DNA of 63,544 bases from Ionaspis alba (Eukaryota), in assembly GCA_964255285.1 (NCBI GenBank), contig CAXUUL010000021.1:1-63544 (forward strand), read 5' to 3'. The position numbers and the translations under genes are program-made. The notes beneath the pieces were generated by a model. That model was not told where the DNA came from. It did no database searches and was given only the letters and a program-made list of their open reading frames with translations. Below, in pieces: positions 1 to 11,402 of the stretch. Numbering within the stretch: position 1 is the stretch's first letter; every line of letters begins with the position of its first letter.

Positions 1-1
1 G

Positions 2-196
2 CTGGAGGAAGCTGTGACGTGGGCGGAGGAGATTTGTAAGGGAGGCCCGGGGGCTACGAGGGCGGTTTTGAGGGCGGTGGGAAGGGGCGAGGAGGTCGAG
101 AATAGAGAGTATGATGGCGTGCTTGGGATGGAGGACCGGGATGAGGCGTTGGCGGCGTTTGCGGAGAAGAGGAGGCCGAGATTCAGAGGGGTGTGA
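2..196 (+). CDS. 3' end of crotonase-family enoyl-CoA hydratase (methylglutaconyl-CoA hydratase-like), partial
   Basis: Frame is open from the window edge: LEEAVTWAEEICKGGPGATRAVLRAV...EDRDEALAAFAEKRRPRFRGV*. The DRxEALxAFxEKRxPxFxG tail is typical of the crotonase C-terminus. Confidence 0.8.
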   Translation: MEEAVTWAEEICKGGPGATRAVLRAVGRGEEVENREYDGVLGMEDRDEALAAFAEKRRPRFRGV

Positions 197-266
197 GGAG
201 AGGTTGGGTGCTTGCCTTGTTGGACGGGAGGGGAGGGACCGGAGAGGTGCAGGCGGCGAGGGGATG

Positions 267-326
267 AGCTGGGTGAGATGGATGAGACGGTGGATTGCAG
301 GAGTGGAAAGCTGGGTGAGATGGATG
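267..326. repeat. 18-bp direct repeat AGCTGGGTGAGATGGATG (267-284, 309-326) in the 3' region between convergent genes
   Basis: Two exact copies 42 bp apart, read directly from the sequence. Confidence 0.8.
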
Positions 327-455
327 TGGTAAATGGTACTTATGGATATAATTTATATATTGCTACAGTGTCATGTCAAACTGCGTGGGTATCAGGAATC
401 ATCACGAAAGCCAGACTCTGAGGTGCTGGTTTATAGACATAGTGCACGGGGAAGA

Positions 456-3400
456 TCATAACCTTTTGCCAATCTGGCAATACTCCTCAACCTCTTCATC
501 TGTTGGCCAGCCGTCCCATTGTTCCGTCTCCTCAATAATCGTATATACCCTCTGCATGATATGTTCAGGTGCCGCAGTGTTCGAACGTTGTTCCCGCTCA
601 TCCTCACTTTCCACGTCGCCCGGCCACGAACCCTCAAGAAAGATTCTGGCTGCAATCAAGGTTCGCCGGAGTGATCGTCGTCCATTTGTCATTTCATCGG
701 ATAATGCTTTGATCGCTGAAGCATAGTTGGACATCCATTCCATTAGTTCGAGGATTCCGGCATAGTCTTGTGCAAGCCCTAAGACCCGGATGAAAGCATG
801 GAGATGCACCCCAGCAGGGACCTCGAGCAAATTTGGCAACGAGTTTGCACGATTTAAAGCTTGTGATGGAGCCGTGGTCGCCCGGAGAGTTCCACAAGCC
901 TCTTTGAACAGTGTTTTGACGAGTGCGCAGCCCTGTGTCAACAATGCCTCCGCCTTCAATCGAGCCTCACGCGAGAGATCTTCTGGGTCCTGCTGCAGTT
1001 CTTGAGAATCCAATCTTGCCTCAGCAGCTTTGGAAGGATCTTGCGTGGCAGACATCACGACCTGACTTGCTCTGATAGTCTTCTCTAGAGTCTTGCATAC
1101 AAGGTAGAACCCAAAGAAATCTAGCTTTAGGTCGGCTATGTCCATGTATCCCACCAGGCTCTCTGCAAGATTCCACAACGACAAATCGCGAAGATAGTCG
1201 CTTGGATCGAAGTGCTCTTCATACGTCTTCAGCGTTATCTTTGACAAAGCGTGTAGTAATGAATACCACGTAGGTCGATATAGAGGTCGGGCCAAGTGCA
1301 GAAGTCGATGCGCCTGCTTGAGGGGATCAAGCTTCGCAGCCAAGCCTGAATGATTATCATCATCGACGAAATGACGGCGAGAAGACTGCCTGGAATACAG
1401 AATCACTCCAAAGCTGCTCAAATGATATATGTATGCAGCGAGGACCTGCTTCGGTAAAGCGGCTAAAGTCTCTCGAACCGTTCGTGCACTGAACGATGCA
1501 TTAGCCAGCAGTACACTTTTGGTTTTTGCGGACAGTGCACTGTGCTCTAGATATTTCAGACCTTCTTCGAAGGACTCTGCGTGATTGAGCAAGAACGCAA
1601 GAAAGCGTCCTGTGGGTTGATGCCCCTCTATGACCATAGTATGAAAGAAGTCGCTGATATTCGGAGGCGGTGCTGAGAGGTAAATACCGTCTCGAGGATT
1701 AGTAGGAGCTGGTGCCAGCTCTTTCCCATCGCCAGGTAAGATTAGACGATCTAGAAAGTCGTGTGTATTAGGATTGCCGCAAAACTGTGTTGAGCACTCT
1801 TCCTTTTTTCTCCGCCGATCATAGACCAAGCTTTCGAACATTGTGAAATATACCGTGGCAGGTACAGCTCCCAGCTCCCTTCTGCAAGCGAGAAAACAAG
1901 CCCAGCTCTCGTCCAAGGTCCGTGTAGCTCGGATTCTTGCTGTCCAGACATCCAAAGACTCCTTCCACCTATTTAAGTCGAGATTGGCTGTCGTGATTGC
2001 GAACGATCGATAAGAGGGAAGCAGGACCGAGCGTCTTTGTATCGTCGGGCTTCGATCGGTATCCCATCCACTCAGGATCTCAGCGGTCGCTTCCCAGTTG
2101 CCGCGTGAGTAACCTGCTTCGTACATCCTCATCAACGCGTCCATAGCACGACTCACTCCCATCTCGATACTTTTAACAGAGTCTATACCCAGTTTGTCCA
2201 CTTTCCAAGGGGGCCACGACTTGGCTTTCATTTCTGCCCATTCCCGTTCTCGGAGTGTTTTCCGGTGTGCAAGTTGAACACTAGCGATTGCCTGATACCC
2301 TTCTCTGGTAATAGTCAAATGTGGTCGGAATTGGTTCATTCTTCGAAGAACGTTAAATTGAGCTTGTTGACGGTAAGGGACCGACAGGAAGGGATTTTGA
2401 GAAGACGGCAGTGCAACCAATTTCAGTATGCGATTGTACATGAAACTGAGACGTATCGATGTTGTCTCGTCTAGGTCTTGTGAAGCAGGAGAATGGCCAC
2501 AAGATTTTCCACCATCAACATGCGTTGTCAGTATTGACACAATGCTCTCCATAGCTGCTGGCCATACCAGTCGCGCATGCCGGAGAAGACGAACTACCAA
2601 GAGCATGATAGTTTGTTCTGAAATCGTGCTGGATGTAGAAGTACAGGGTTTCTCGGATGCAAATAGTAACCAATCGTTGGCATGTTTGATCAACATTCGC
2701 AGAGCTGATGCCGTCACATGCGGTCGTCGTAGAAGGAACATAAAGACGAAGACCGGTACTGGATCGACGAGTAGATTGGTACGCTGCCAAGGTTTGTTGT
2801 AGAGGACATCAAGTCGGCTCACTGCTCGTTCAGAGGATTTTGCAGCGATGATCCATGCCCAACTCATCACATCTTGAACATCATAGCCCCTGGATTCCAG
2901 CAATAGCAAAGCCTCCTCGTCGAAAATTCGGAGAAGATGACTGTCGCTGCTTGCTTCGTCCTGACGGAAATCACCCACGAGGTCGTGTATTCTCAGCATG
3001 TATAGAGCGAGTACCGATTGTAGATCAGTTCGAGGGCCTGTATCAACTTCTCTGAACCTCTTCTGAGGTGTGTGGACGGACCTGCTCGGAGGCTTTCGAA
3101 GCGTTGGTGAGACATGTGAGAGATCCTTCTTCCTCGTGTATTGCTCCGGCACCGCGAAGTCGTAACCACCAGCTTCTAGTGCCGCAATCAACGCCTTCGA
3201 CGGTGTGTAAAAGCTCTTGACAGGTCCATGAGCCTTTGTGTTGTTCAAATCGTTCGCGGCTATTTTGGTAAGGGAGATATCTCGAGGACTGATGCTAGCT
3301 GACCCTGTGTGGTGGCTCGTGTAACCTATACCGAAAGAACGTCTGTAAATGGGAATGTGAGGCGAGTACCTCCGCGCGCGAGTACGGAGACCAAGGACAT

Positions 3401-3527
3401 GAAGCACGGCAGAACGGCGAATTGAGGGAATTCGAAGGCATTTGGCGCATACTGCTAGAGAATGTGAGGGTGGGGCTGAGGTATGAATACTACTGAACAG
3501 CGTGCTCGAATGACAGAACAATGGCAT
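456..3527 (-). CDS. Conserved fungal hypothetical protein, 1023 aa, probably mitochondrial and alpha-helical (PPR-like)
   Basis: Long uninterrupted ORF. The N-terminus is Arg/Ser-rich and acid-poor, with a VCAKCLR motif, like a mitochondrial presequence. Helical segments resemble PPR units (FMYNRILKLVA, TWYSLLHALSK, HLHAFIRVLGLAQDYAGILELMEWM). Confidence 0.75.
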   Translation of the reverse strand: MPLFCHSSTLFSSIHTSAPPSHSLAVCAKCLRIPSIRRSAVLHVLGLRTRARRYSPHIPIYRRSFGIGYTSHHTGSASISPRDISLTKIAANDLNNTKAHGPVKSFYTPSKALIAALEAGGYDFAVPEQYTRKKDLSHVSPTLRKPPSRSVHTPQKRFREVDTGPRTDLQSVLALYMLRIHDLVGDFRQDEASSDSHLLRIFDEEALLLLESRGYDVQDVMSWAWIIAAKSSERAVSRLDVLYNKPWQRTNLLVDPVPVFVFMFLLRRPHVTASALRMLIKHANDWLLFASEKPCTSTSSTISEQTIMLLVVRLLRHARLVWPAAMESIVSILTTHVDGGKSCGHSPASQDLDETTSIRLSFMYNRILKLVALPSSQNPFLSVPYRQQAQFNVLRRMNQFRPHLTITREGYQAIASVQLAHRKTLREREWAEMKAKSWPPWKVDKLGIDSVKSIEMGVSRAMDALMRMYEAGYSRGNWEATAEILSGWDTDRSPTIQRRSVLLPSYRSFAITTANLDLNRWKESLDVWTARIRATRTLDESWACFLACRRELGAVPATVYFTMFESLVYDRRRKKEECSTQFCGNPNTHDFLDRLILPGDGKELAPAPTNPRDGIYLSAPPPNISDFFHTMVIEGHQPTGRFLAFLLNHAESFEEGLKYLEHSALSAKTKSVLLANASFSARTVRETLAALPKQVLAAYIYHLSSFGVILYSRQSSRRHFVDDDNHSGLAAKLDPLKQAHRLLHLARPLYRPTWYSLLHALSKITLKTYEEHFDPSDYLRDLSLWNLAESLVGYMDIADLKLDFFGFYLVCKTLEKTIRASQVVMSATQDPSKAAEARLDSQELQQDPEDLSREARLKAEALLTQGCALVKTLFKEACGTLRATTAPSQALNRANSLPNLLEVPAGVHLHAFIRVLGLAQDYAGILELMEWMSNYASAIKALSDEMTNGRRSLRRTLIAARIFLEGSWPGDVESEDEREQRSNTAAPEHIMQRVYTIIEETEQWDGWPTDEEVEEYCQIGKRL

Positions 3528-4149
3528 TCATCGAAAATACACGACAGATGTGAAGTCGAACGTACTGCGTGGAAAATACGGCAGGAACTTCAAGTTGTTT
3601 GGCTCAGGTTCTGTGGTCCATAACGCAGATCACGTGCATCGGAATGTGCCGCGGGACCTAGGTGCTCAAGGCTCAAGGGAACACCGAATGCCGCAATCTC
3701 AATAAGAACTGGCCTAACTCTGGAATCAGCGAGCAGATCTTCATTCATAGTGCACTTTGATTGTTTCAACCATAAGGAAGATCTGCATCTGTTGATCATC
3801 GAGAGCTGCTGCATGAATGACGGGAATCCCCCCTGAATCCACACTCTTCTCCAATTCTCACAACTTTACGGCCCTCGCAGCATCGCGACGCATCAACAGA
3901 ACGCCTTTCGACCACAATACCCACATCTCCTCTGAAGACATAAAACCTGTCGAATGCACGTTTACTGCTATCTGGTCAGATCACGACCTGCCGCACAATT
4001 CCCAGAGTGCCTTGCCGGTGTTCTATAGGCAAGTCACTCCTCATCCGAGGGCTTTTATTTTGGTGTTTTGATAGAAGCACGGGCAAGCTAACAGGCCGCA
4101 TCAGACTTGGCGAGACCGTATCGCATCCAACTTCAAGCACCTGTGGAAG

Positions 4150-6975
4150 ATGTCGATACCGAATGGACTGCAAAGTCAAACTGCGGCTGTCGATTTTATG
4201 AACGCCGCACAATCCATCGGCAAACGGAAGCGATCTCACGATACAGAGGATGTAAAGCCTCCAGCAGCGGAGACCGATTATGTCGACGATGGCACAAGTA
4301 AGCAGCGCTTCCAGGACTTGCTGCTCGACCTCTTGGAAATATTGAAAAGGTAAGATTCATTATTTCTGAGTTAGGCTCGGATTCAATAGGTAGTCAGGAC
4401 AGAACACGAAAGCTGACAGCTCTTGTTCAGACGAGACACGACTCCGTCCATCTTGCACAAAGCTATTACCTCCGCCGCAAGTCAGCCGCGCTCTACTAAG
4501 CGGCCGAAGACGTCAGCACCGACTACAGAGACATCCATTTCGGCGCAGATAGTGTCCAGTGCTTACAGCACAATCGATGAACTAATAGCGGATGTCGATA
4601 CCGCTTCCAGTGCTCTCAAGAATTCTCCAAACAAACCCGGACTTACACACAGTAACCCATATCCTACTCCTCCCTCCGGCGATGAAAACGTAGATTCACC
4701 TCAAGTTAAGGTATTCAAAAAGGAACTCAAGGACGTTCTCAGCCGCGAGATGTTACAACGGCCTCAGAATCTGGGTCCTCGAAGAAAAAGTGCGATCGAC
4801 ACTTCAGAGAGCAGAATCGGAAGTGTTTTAACCAGCTCTAGATCTGGATCTATTAGTCGAGGGGAGAATATTGGCAAATCGGTTTTGACCCTCTATGGCA
4901 GTGCTCCTACCCCGAAACAGCTATTCTCCAGCTTGCAACAGTCCACGTCGTGCAGACTTCTACGGGATTCCGAGTCGTGCCAGCAGGGAACAAGCCACTC
5001 TCTGTTCCAGTCCCAACATGATATCGGCCACCAGTCTCTACGAGAGTCGGCTCTACCTAATGGAATATCCACGACCAGAATAATACCGGTGCACACTAGC
5101 AGTCTCGATAATACCTCGGAACGTGTACCGACTCTAGGAGAATCGTTTCCGGCTCCTTCGAGCATCCTTCCATTGAATCCTCCAAAGCAATCCAGGCATA
5201 CAGCAACTCGAAGTCAGTCGGTGAACTGGCATGATCCCAGCGAAGTTGCTGTGGCTCCTCGATCCCGAGGACGAGAGAGTTACACCGCTCAACCTCTATC
5301 TAGTGGTCAGTGGTTGACGTATAACGTCGCCCCTTCTGATGCACAGCTCGCCTCTCCTGGCGAGAAGCGTAAGCAAAGAGAACGTGCTCTCAGCTTTGGT
5401 GAAGCCAAGCCCTCCATACCACAAGAGACTCTCCTAGCACAACAACAGGCGAAAGAGGACGCACTTTTCAAAAGTGTCTATTCGAGTTTTGCACCAGACC
5501 ACGATGACTCAGCGGCGGTAATACCACAAGATACCAAGAACAGATTATGGTGGAAGCGTGTCTGTGAGGACAAGTACGACACATATGAGACTTCATTGCC
5601 TAACGAGCAATACAAGAGCGGTACGGCAGAGACGGCAGAGGCCGTCACGAATGACCACGGCGAAGATGAATTGTTCAGAGAGGCTGTTGAACAATTTATG
5701 CCCTTGGAAGTACCTGCAGGGTTTCAGCCTTCGGACGAGGTGAAGGAACGGGAGACCCAAGACAAGAACGTGGATGAGATTCTGAACGAGATTTCGGAGC
5801 TGATCGAAACGATGAGCTCTTACCAACGCGCAAGGAATCTGTCTCTATCAACTACTACACGCGCAACTGCCGGACAGAACTCACAGGTTACGGCTATGTT
5901 TGGAAGTCCAACAACCCCATCGTCCGCAGAATTCAATATGTACGATATTCTGAAGTCGCAACTCTCCTTGATGGTATCTAGTTTGCCACCATATGCTGTG
6001 GCAAAGTTGAATGGGGACCAGCTTGGTGCCTTGAACATTAGCACGAAGCTACCAGCCGTGACCAAGAATTACAGAGGTACGATGGATGACAATGAGGCCT
6101 TCAAAGCACGACCTACGACGGTGACCACGACGTCTGCAGCATCCATACGCACACCGGTATCCCATCCAAGCATACCTGCACGGAGTGGCTATTACCAGCC
6201 GACAGCTGGGAGCCCTGCGCAGCGAGCAAGCTATTCCTCCAGGCCGAATGCACCATCTGCAACATATCCTTCCCAATACTCAGGCCGTCCGTCGTCCGCG
6301 TCTCAGAGCACATCATACAATACCTACACAGCATCGCAGACACAGTCATCTGCTGTGCGTAACTCCTATTCGGTGGGACAATATGGTCAGCAGACACCCC
6401 AAGCTCAGACTCCACACTATGCAAATGGGCATAGGCAATACCCCACGCAAAATGGTTATTCCCATTACGGCCAGCAGTTTGCAGGACCTCAGTCTGTAGG
6501 ATCTTCGGCACAGGGTCAAGGACCTCAATACCAACGACCAAGCCAACCCAGCTACCAACAGCGAGCTCAAAATTCGCAGACTTACAGCTACGGTCCAGTA
6601 GCGACCGGCAGGAGCGCATCTCCCGCCAACCCAGCAACAGCTTATAGTCCACCTCGAGCTTCCTATTCCACTCCTGGTCAAGGCCAGGTACGCGCGCAAT
6701 ACTATCAAGCACAGTCTCAACCGTCAGCCACGAATGCAAACGCTTTGCAGCTCAATGGCACAATTGGGACAGTGGGGACGGTCGGGCAACACATTCATCT
6801 GACTGCTGAAGAACAAGCAATGTTGATGAGTCGCCAAAAAGCTCAACTGGCTCAGCAGGTGCAGCTGAATAGTGCAAGGCAAGGATCAGGCACACCGCAG
6901 CCGCCGATGAGCGGAGGGCAGAGCAATGGAACCGTGGCACCGCAGCAGAATGGGGTAACGGTTGAGAAGGTTTGA
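4150..6975 (+). CDS. Nuclear protein with degenerate bromodomain-like N-terminus and Q/Y/S/G-rich tail; Rsc58/BRD7/9-like candidate (exons 4150-4349, 4431-6975)
   Basis: Intron 4350-4430 (GTAAGA...GCTGAC...CAG) joins the 4150 ORF to the 850-aa ORF in frame. Contains an NLS-like GKRKRS and the motif YSSFAPDHDDSAAVIP. Confidence 0.75.
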
Positions 6976-8134
6976 CGAAGTTGACCTGCGTGGTATTGTA
7001 TGATATAATGGGGTATAAGTCTTTGGTCGTTGTACTCGTATTGATGCGGGTAGCCAGATCTCGCCGGCAAGCTTTATCCAGACGGCTGATGAAGTACTGA
7101 AGGAGTGTTCATGGTAGCTTGAGAGACAAGGCGGATGGAGGCAACCTCGAACCGGGTTCATACTAGACGGGGTTGCATTAGTGCACACCTGATCTGTTTA
7201 GAAGAAGCAACAATAATAGACGATCTCCGTGGCACTCGAAGATTTCGAGTTTGTCCTTAGAGTTCGGAACACTACCAATGGCAAATATTCTGAAGCTGTT
7301 GGTCAAATCCATTGGCAGATGCAAGACAATTTCATTATCACAAGTTAGTGCTATACGACCGGCATAAGGGGGATTGATGCTACGTACGGCCTACATACAT
7401 GCATCGATGCTGTACCATAACCTTTTTTGCAGCCTTCTGCCGTTCCCTCGACCGTAAAATAACATGCGCAGCCAACTCATCGACAAATGAAACGCAAGCC
7501 CCCTCGGCCATGGACTTGAGGGCAGCCAATGCTATCATCGCGACCCTTTGTTCATTGGCATAATTCCTGCCGCATCGATAAGCTGCGTATCGATAACGCG
7601 GCTCGCTGCAGAGCATCAACCAATGTTGTGCAGCCCACTTGCGCGTCGAACTGTGGTTTGGTGGGGAGAGTGATGCCTTGGGTCGTACTTCCGTCACTTT
7701 GTATGAGGTGGCACACATTCAACGCAAACAAGGCCTGCCCTCACCCCAAACTTCCCTCCCTACTTATCACCGTGCCCTGTTTCAGCCAGCCGGTTGTGAA
7801 TTCGGCGGGTCTCGTCATTTAGGCTCTGGTGCTTGCTTTCTCTCTTCTCCCATCATCAATGCTTGTCTCTGTTTGATGCTTATATGGAATTCTAATTGCC
7901 TTTACCCCTCTTCTTCTCCTTCATTACTTGCTTTGCTGTCGCTGGTCTTCACGGCGCGTGTTTAGCTACGAATTCTGACAGCCTTGTTCACCAACTCGAC
8001 TCGACGTCTATACCAGTACCCGGGAAATCCGGAATCACATTGATTTGACACGATCTGCTATAATACGATTTCCTTTCACCTTCGGTTGCTCTACTCTCCT
8101 CTTCTGTGGCCAGTATATAGCAAATACACTCACA

Positions 8135-9754
8135 ATGGCATCGGTTATCAACACGCGAAGCACTACTCGCTCCAAGAAGCCCCCTGCCCGAAAGAAGCAC
8201 GCTTCACCGTCAATGATATCGCTCTTCTCGAATGCCACGCATAATTCGAACGGCTCGAACGAATCAAATGCTACCGTCACGCCGGAGAGTGTCGCTCGTT
8301 CGAGACAAAGGTCTTCGACTACTAAATCGAATGCACGGAGGTCGACGACCACGACCAGACATGCAACCAAGAGGATCTCGGCACGCGCCTCGCCAACTGC
8401 TTCGCCGCTGGAAGAGAGACCGCCCGTGGATGTTTTTGCGTTCATGGAACAAGACGAGGACGACGCTGCCGAACAAAAACATGCTGCTGAGTTAGACGGT
8501 GTGGCAACGAGGCAGGAACTTCGTATTCAAACCAATTCCAAACCCCCTGATACAGCTGCAAGGCAGAGCCTTGAGCAGATTGCCATGCAGTATCAGACTC
8601 TCCAAGAAGCTCGTTTGGGATGGGACAACATCTCGAAGTCCGTCGGAGTACACTCTGACTCGGGTATATCGGTTCGATCGAGCAGTCCAGAGAGAGAATC
8701 TCCTGTCTTACACTATAGATCTATCAAGAAACGATTGTCTCAGCCAACGACTACGACTTCGACAGCAGGACCGTCGCACTCATCCACGCAGTTTCATACT
8801 ACGAGCTCTCGGGTTCTGGGACCTTTTGACGAGATTCCTGACATGAGCCCAGAGGCTTTCTATTCTGTCGCTTCAAGACCGACAATGCAGCATGCAGAAT
8901 ACGAGACCACATCAGATCATCTACCCTGTCACCGCAGCGTCGACCTGAACTCCACCCACGAAGACCACGATCCCGAACTTGAGGCAGAGGGCGCAGCTTC
9001 AACCTTTGACCTTGCAGCACACAGTGTTTCCTCCAACGAACAAGTAGCCCTGAAACCGATCTATCGCAAGTTCGAGTCATTGAATAATCGAGTTCTCTTG
9101 CATCTGCAAAGCGAGATTAGCGATCTGGAGGACGATCTCAAGCACGTTGATGCGGCTGTTGTGGCTTCAACAAAGGCCGCTCAGAAAGACAAGAGTCCGC
9201 AACACGAGGAGATGAGATCGACTACACCCCTGCAGTGGCGCCGTAAAGAGCTCATAGAGCGGATTCTGGCAAAGTTAGATCAATACAGTAGGATCCAATC
9301 ATTCGTCTCTAGAAACACAAGTACTAACCACTTCTTAGACCGCAATCTTTCCTCGTACAGCAATCTTACGAGAGGTCTCGATACTGCATGTCCTCGAGAC
9401 ATCACCGCCTATAGCGAATGGCTTGCCCTGCACAATGATCTGGCAGACTTAGAAAGGACGTTCCTCAACCATGCTACTGATCTCACAACCATCCGTGCTC
9501 AGCATGCCCAAGAACCTCAGCAGTCAGACAGAACGGCAATAACAACCGGCTGCGCCATTCTGATGACGATAATCACTTTCAAGCTCGTGCCTGAGCTCCT
9601 CTCCAGATTGGTCATCGGCATTGTTGTCGGAGGAGCGATGGTGCTATGTGGATCACCGCCTGCAACTTTGAACGAGGGCTGTCTGCGAGAGTACGGGAGG
9701 CGCGCTGCGGTTTATGGAGGAGTTGTGGTGGTGTTGGCTTTCACTGTGGGGTGA
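8135..9754 (+). CDS. DUF6594-type protein with C-terminal transmembrane helices
   Basis: First ATG at 8135. Has the motif IYRKFESLNNRVLLHLQSEISDLEDDLKHVD and three hydrophobic C-terminal segments. Probable in-frame 51-nt intron at 9288-9338 (GTAGGA...ACTAAC...TAG). Confidence 0.75.
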   Translation: MASVINTRSTTRSKKPPARKKHASPSMISLFSNATHNSNGSNESNATVTPESVARSRQRSSTTKSNARRSTTTTRHATKRISARASPTASPLEERPPVDVFAFMEQDEDDAAEQKHAAELDGVATRQELRIQTNSKPPDTAARQSLEQIAMQYQTLQEARLGWDNISKSVGVHSDSGISVRSSSPERESPVLHYRSIKKRLSQPTTTTSTAGPSHSSTQFHTTSSRVLGPFDEIPDMSPEAFYSVASRPTMQHAEYETTSDHLPCHRSVDLNSTHEDHDPELEAEGAASTFDLAAHSVSSNEQVALKPIYRKFESLNNRVLLHLQSEISDLEDDLKHVDAAVVASTKAAQKDKSPQHEEMRSTTPLQWRRKELIERILAKLDQYSRIQSFVSRNTSTNHFLDRNLSSYSNLTRGLDTACPRDITAYSEWLALHNDLADLERTFLNHATDLTTIRAQHAQEPQQSDRTAITTGCAILMTIITFKLVPELLSRLVIGIVVGGAMVLCGSPPATLNEGCLREYGRRAAVYGGVVVVLAFTVG

Positions 9755-11402
9755 GAGGAAATGGAGGTATGGCGCAAAGAAGGACAAAACTCCCTCTTCG
9801 AAGATGCTCAAGCTACTTACTACGAGATATCCGGAATTCAATGGAAATTTGCGGATATCCTCGAATCGTCGCTATCCTGAAAGGGACGGTAGGTAGATAG
9901 GCCGAATGTTCGACCTCTATTTCTACCAGCAGCACATCGAATTTTGCCTCTTATTGAGATTCGTCCTGCACCACGTCGGGGCCAAGCCCGCAAAAGTCGC
10001 GAGTGTAACGCAATGTTATCCACCAGGGGCTTGAGAAGACTTCGATCCATTTTACGTTGTGTCCGTACGGTGTCGGCAACCACGGTCTTTATCTCGTTCT
10101 CGGGGCTAAGATTGAGCAAGCCAATGAGATTATGAGCTCTCAAATCCTACGCCTGGGTTCGAGGACAGAAATCCCGATGTCTACGAAGATCGCTCTTCTG
10201 TAGTCACACATGCTGCGGCTCGACTCTGGCGCTAGCAGTGTCGTGGTCATCACGACTGTCACAAGATTAAAACTGCCTGCGAAATTACCACAGAGCAGAC
10301 AGTATTACGGTCGCTTGCGGAGGAGAGCCTTCCACGCGCTCCACCAACCATTGAAGATCATGGGGCTGTGTCATTGTGCAGAGGTTACACAAGGCTGGAC
10401 GTAGATTTGGGACGCACTACTGCGACCTGAAGAGCGACCTCCGTTGTGTTCAGCATACTGAGGCTGCCGGAAGGGGAGAGCAACGTACCCAACGAGCTCA
10501 ATTGAGCACGGGGAGAGCACGCTGCAAGGAGGTCGACGGACAGATAGGAGTCTGAGCCAGTCAGAGCACAGATATGTCGACTATCTTTTCACGGGCAGTC
10601 TTACAGTCACATGGACAGCCAGGCGAAGAGGGACAATACTTGTGGATCTTCGAAATATCTTCATGACGAACGAGATCAACGGATGAGGAGGATATTTGCT
10701 TTCAGCCTTTGTGTTAACAAAATTCTGACCACTATAATGATCAGCTTCATCATTGTGTTACAATCAAATTATGCTTTCAAGCTTCAAAGCAGCTACAGCC
10801 TTGAGTGCTTAACCGCAGCATCCCGCCTCACGGTGTGATCACTTGGAGTCCACCTCCCATCGAGGGAATGTAACATGACAATCGTTTATGTAGTCCACCG
10901 ACAAACACCACTGGTTGCGGCCGCCGAGAGCTTCCCCGCTAGATCAGGGGAGCAGCGGGCTTTGGGGGCCTACGGTTGCTGGTCTCCGCTAATTTACCCC
11001 CGACCGAGCCCCCTTGCAACGTCGGTCGTGGTACCTAACTTGGGAAGGTAGCGGACCGCATCACCGAGATGTCCTGCATCGACCATGTTGTCCATCCCAA
11101 CCCTATGATAGGTTGGATGATGACATCCTCTTCCCACTCTTTTGTTCTTCCTCGAGCATCCTTTTGTTCCCTCACCCACTTTAGCTCTTCCTCAAGCAGA
11201 CCATGCCCCGGCGCCACGCTATACTGACTGACCAGCCAGGAAGCTCAGCTGCAGGTCGGCTGTCACTTCCCACCTGCCCTGGATGGCTCTACTCAGAGAA
11301 CAAGTTTCGCTGATCTTTCGGTACGACAGTCTACTTAAGAGCTGCGATGGTGCTCTTCGCTCTGTCCGTTCGATCCTCGGTCTACGCTCCTTTTCTGACA
11401 AC

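Noticed and set aside
9838..10143. Minus-strand 101-aa ORF that looks mildly protein-like
   Set aside because: Non-ATG start, no recognisable motif and no convincing splice partner.
10994..11217. Short minus-strand ORFs upstream of RNase T2
   Set aside because: Best explained as the antisense of a pyrimidine-rich promoter or leader.
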